Shown here: piece by piece, positions 62,501-64,000 of the stretch
How positions within the stretch are numbered: position 1 is the first letter of the stretch
Layout of the letters: every line of letters begins with the position of its first letter
The notes under the pieces: generated by a model
What the model was told of the DNA's origin: nothing
The model's database searches: none
Seen by the model: only the letters and a program-made list of their open reading frames with translations
Assembly: GCA_963514005.1 (NCBI GenBank)
Contig: OY740785.1
Location: forward strand, 122,326,001-122,390,000
DNA length: 64,000 nucleotides
Source: Raja brachyura
Taxonomy: Eukaryota
Reading direction: 5' to 3'
Translations under genes and position numbers: made by a program

Positions 62501-64000
62501 ATTCCCCTGTATCTGATTTAACACTATGGATTATTTTTTCTCCCTCCAATTTTCTTAATTGACGAGCCAATAATTTTTGTGGTTTATCTCCAAATTCAAA
62601 TTGTATTTGTTTTGTATATTGATAAAGTTTTACAACTTGGTCTGATTGTATTTTATTTAATTTATATTTCAATGCAGAGATTTTATTATGTTTAATCATG
62701 GTTGGATTAGCAGCGTTTTCTATATCTAGTTGCTTAATCTCTTTTTCCAATGCCTGCTGTATCCTCCGATTCTCTTTGTCATAGAATGCTTGAGAAGATA
62801 TCATAATTCCATGTGTATATGCTTTAAAAGTTTTCCATAGTAGTAACGGGGATATTTCTGGTTTGTCATTTGTTTCAAAGAAGATCTCAATCTGTTTTGT
62901 AATGTATTCTTGAGTTGTTTTGTCCTTTAAAATTTGTGGGTTGAGTCTCCATTGTCCCTGCTTCCCCATTTTTCCAGTTATTTTAATCATAAAAGATAAT
63001 GGTGCATGATCTGAAATTATAATATTGTGATATTTTGAATTATAAGTGAGTGGAATAAGTTTTGAGTCTACTAGAAAGTAGTCTATTCTTGAGTATGTTT
63101 TATGTACTCATGAGTAAAACGAGTATTCTCGTCCCGTTGGGTTTTCCATTCTCCAAACATCCATAATATTGCTCGAATCTATATATGCATTTATTAGATC
63201 GCTAGAATGCGATTTAGTTTTCCGTTGTCTTGATGATCTGTCTAAGTAAGGATCTAATCTACAATTTAGATCTCCTCCAATTATTAAATTGTATTGTGGT
63301 AGTTCTGGGATAGTATTTAGTATTTTCCTAAAAAATGATGGACTGTCAAAATTTGGGCCGTAAATGTTAACAAAAATCATTTTTTGTGTATATAATTCTC
63401 CTGTTATGATAATATATCTGCCCTCCTTATCTGTTATAGTTGAAGTATGTTTAAATAAGGTACCTTTACGGATTAATATTGCTACGCCTCTTGATTTGTG
63501 TGTAAAAGAAGAATGATACACTTTGTCAATCCATTTGGCTTTTAATCTATGCTCTGCGTCTTTTTTTAAATGTGTTTCTTGGATGAATGCCACATCTGTT
63601 TTGAGTGCTTTTAGGTGTGCTAATACTTTACCTCTCTTAATTGGTTCATTAATACCTTTTATGTTCCAGCTGCAAAACGTTATTCCTCCATTCCCCATAT
63701 TCGTTTTTAAGTCTTGCATCATTTGTCTAAGGGGGTCTGTAATAGAGCAAATGGTTCAGCTTGACATACCCGACCTTACACCCGAACTTCAAATAGATGA
63801 ATTTCAAGACCCTTAAGTGATGCTCACGCATATATCTCCTTTGCTTTGATTTATTTAAAAAAAATTAAAAAAAAGAAAAAAAGGGGGGAGAAAAATAAAA
63901 AATTACCATGGGATGTAAATAAAATCAAGCTTTATATTCTATATGATTATACTTAATAATTATCTAATTCTATTTAAATCAGCCATAAGTAAATATTAAT
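59580..64000 (-). mobile_element. L1 LINE ORF2 (EN, RT, zinc knuckle) with stop at ~63108 and frameshift at ~62042
   Basis: ORFs 63108-63722, 62043-62990, 60139-62040 (LYADD, CDKC...HSFTKC); poly-A end at 59582-59594. Confidence 0.93.

Overview
Repeat-dense vertebrate genomic DNA from a cartilaginous fish. A skate or ray is most likely, inferred from the IgM sequence and the elasmobranch-type CR1 LINE tails. The only host gene I can support is an immunoglobulin heavy-chain (IgM-type) cluster on the + strand: promoter, leader exon (46697-46742), V exon fused directly to J (46916-47255), an 8 kb J-C intron, Cmu1 (55316-~55621) and Cmu2 (57747-58057). Cmu3, Cmu4 and TM exons are not in the window. 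The V-J fusion has no RSSs or intervening D/intergenic DNA but keeps its introns, so it looks like a pre-rearranged (germline-joined) gene. It is non-productive: the second V cysteine is lost, the junction is out of frame, Cmu1 has Trp->Cys in its core and Cmu2 has a 1-nt deletion. Most of the rest is nested transposons: many CR1 LINEs (one with an intact 1024-aa ORF in the J-C intron), two L1s, a near-complete Rex1/Babar, L2, Penelope elements and short derivatives carrying hammerhead-ribozyme motifs, two DIRS1 elements with ITR/ICR architecture (one a gag-only deletion derivative), a Harbinger-like element containing a perfect 88-bp palindrome, and a hAT MITE with phased NRF1-type palindromes. 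Boundaries of old repeats are approximate. No database searches were run.
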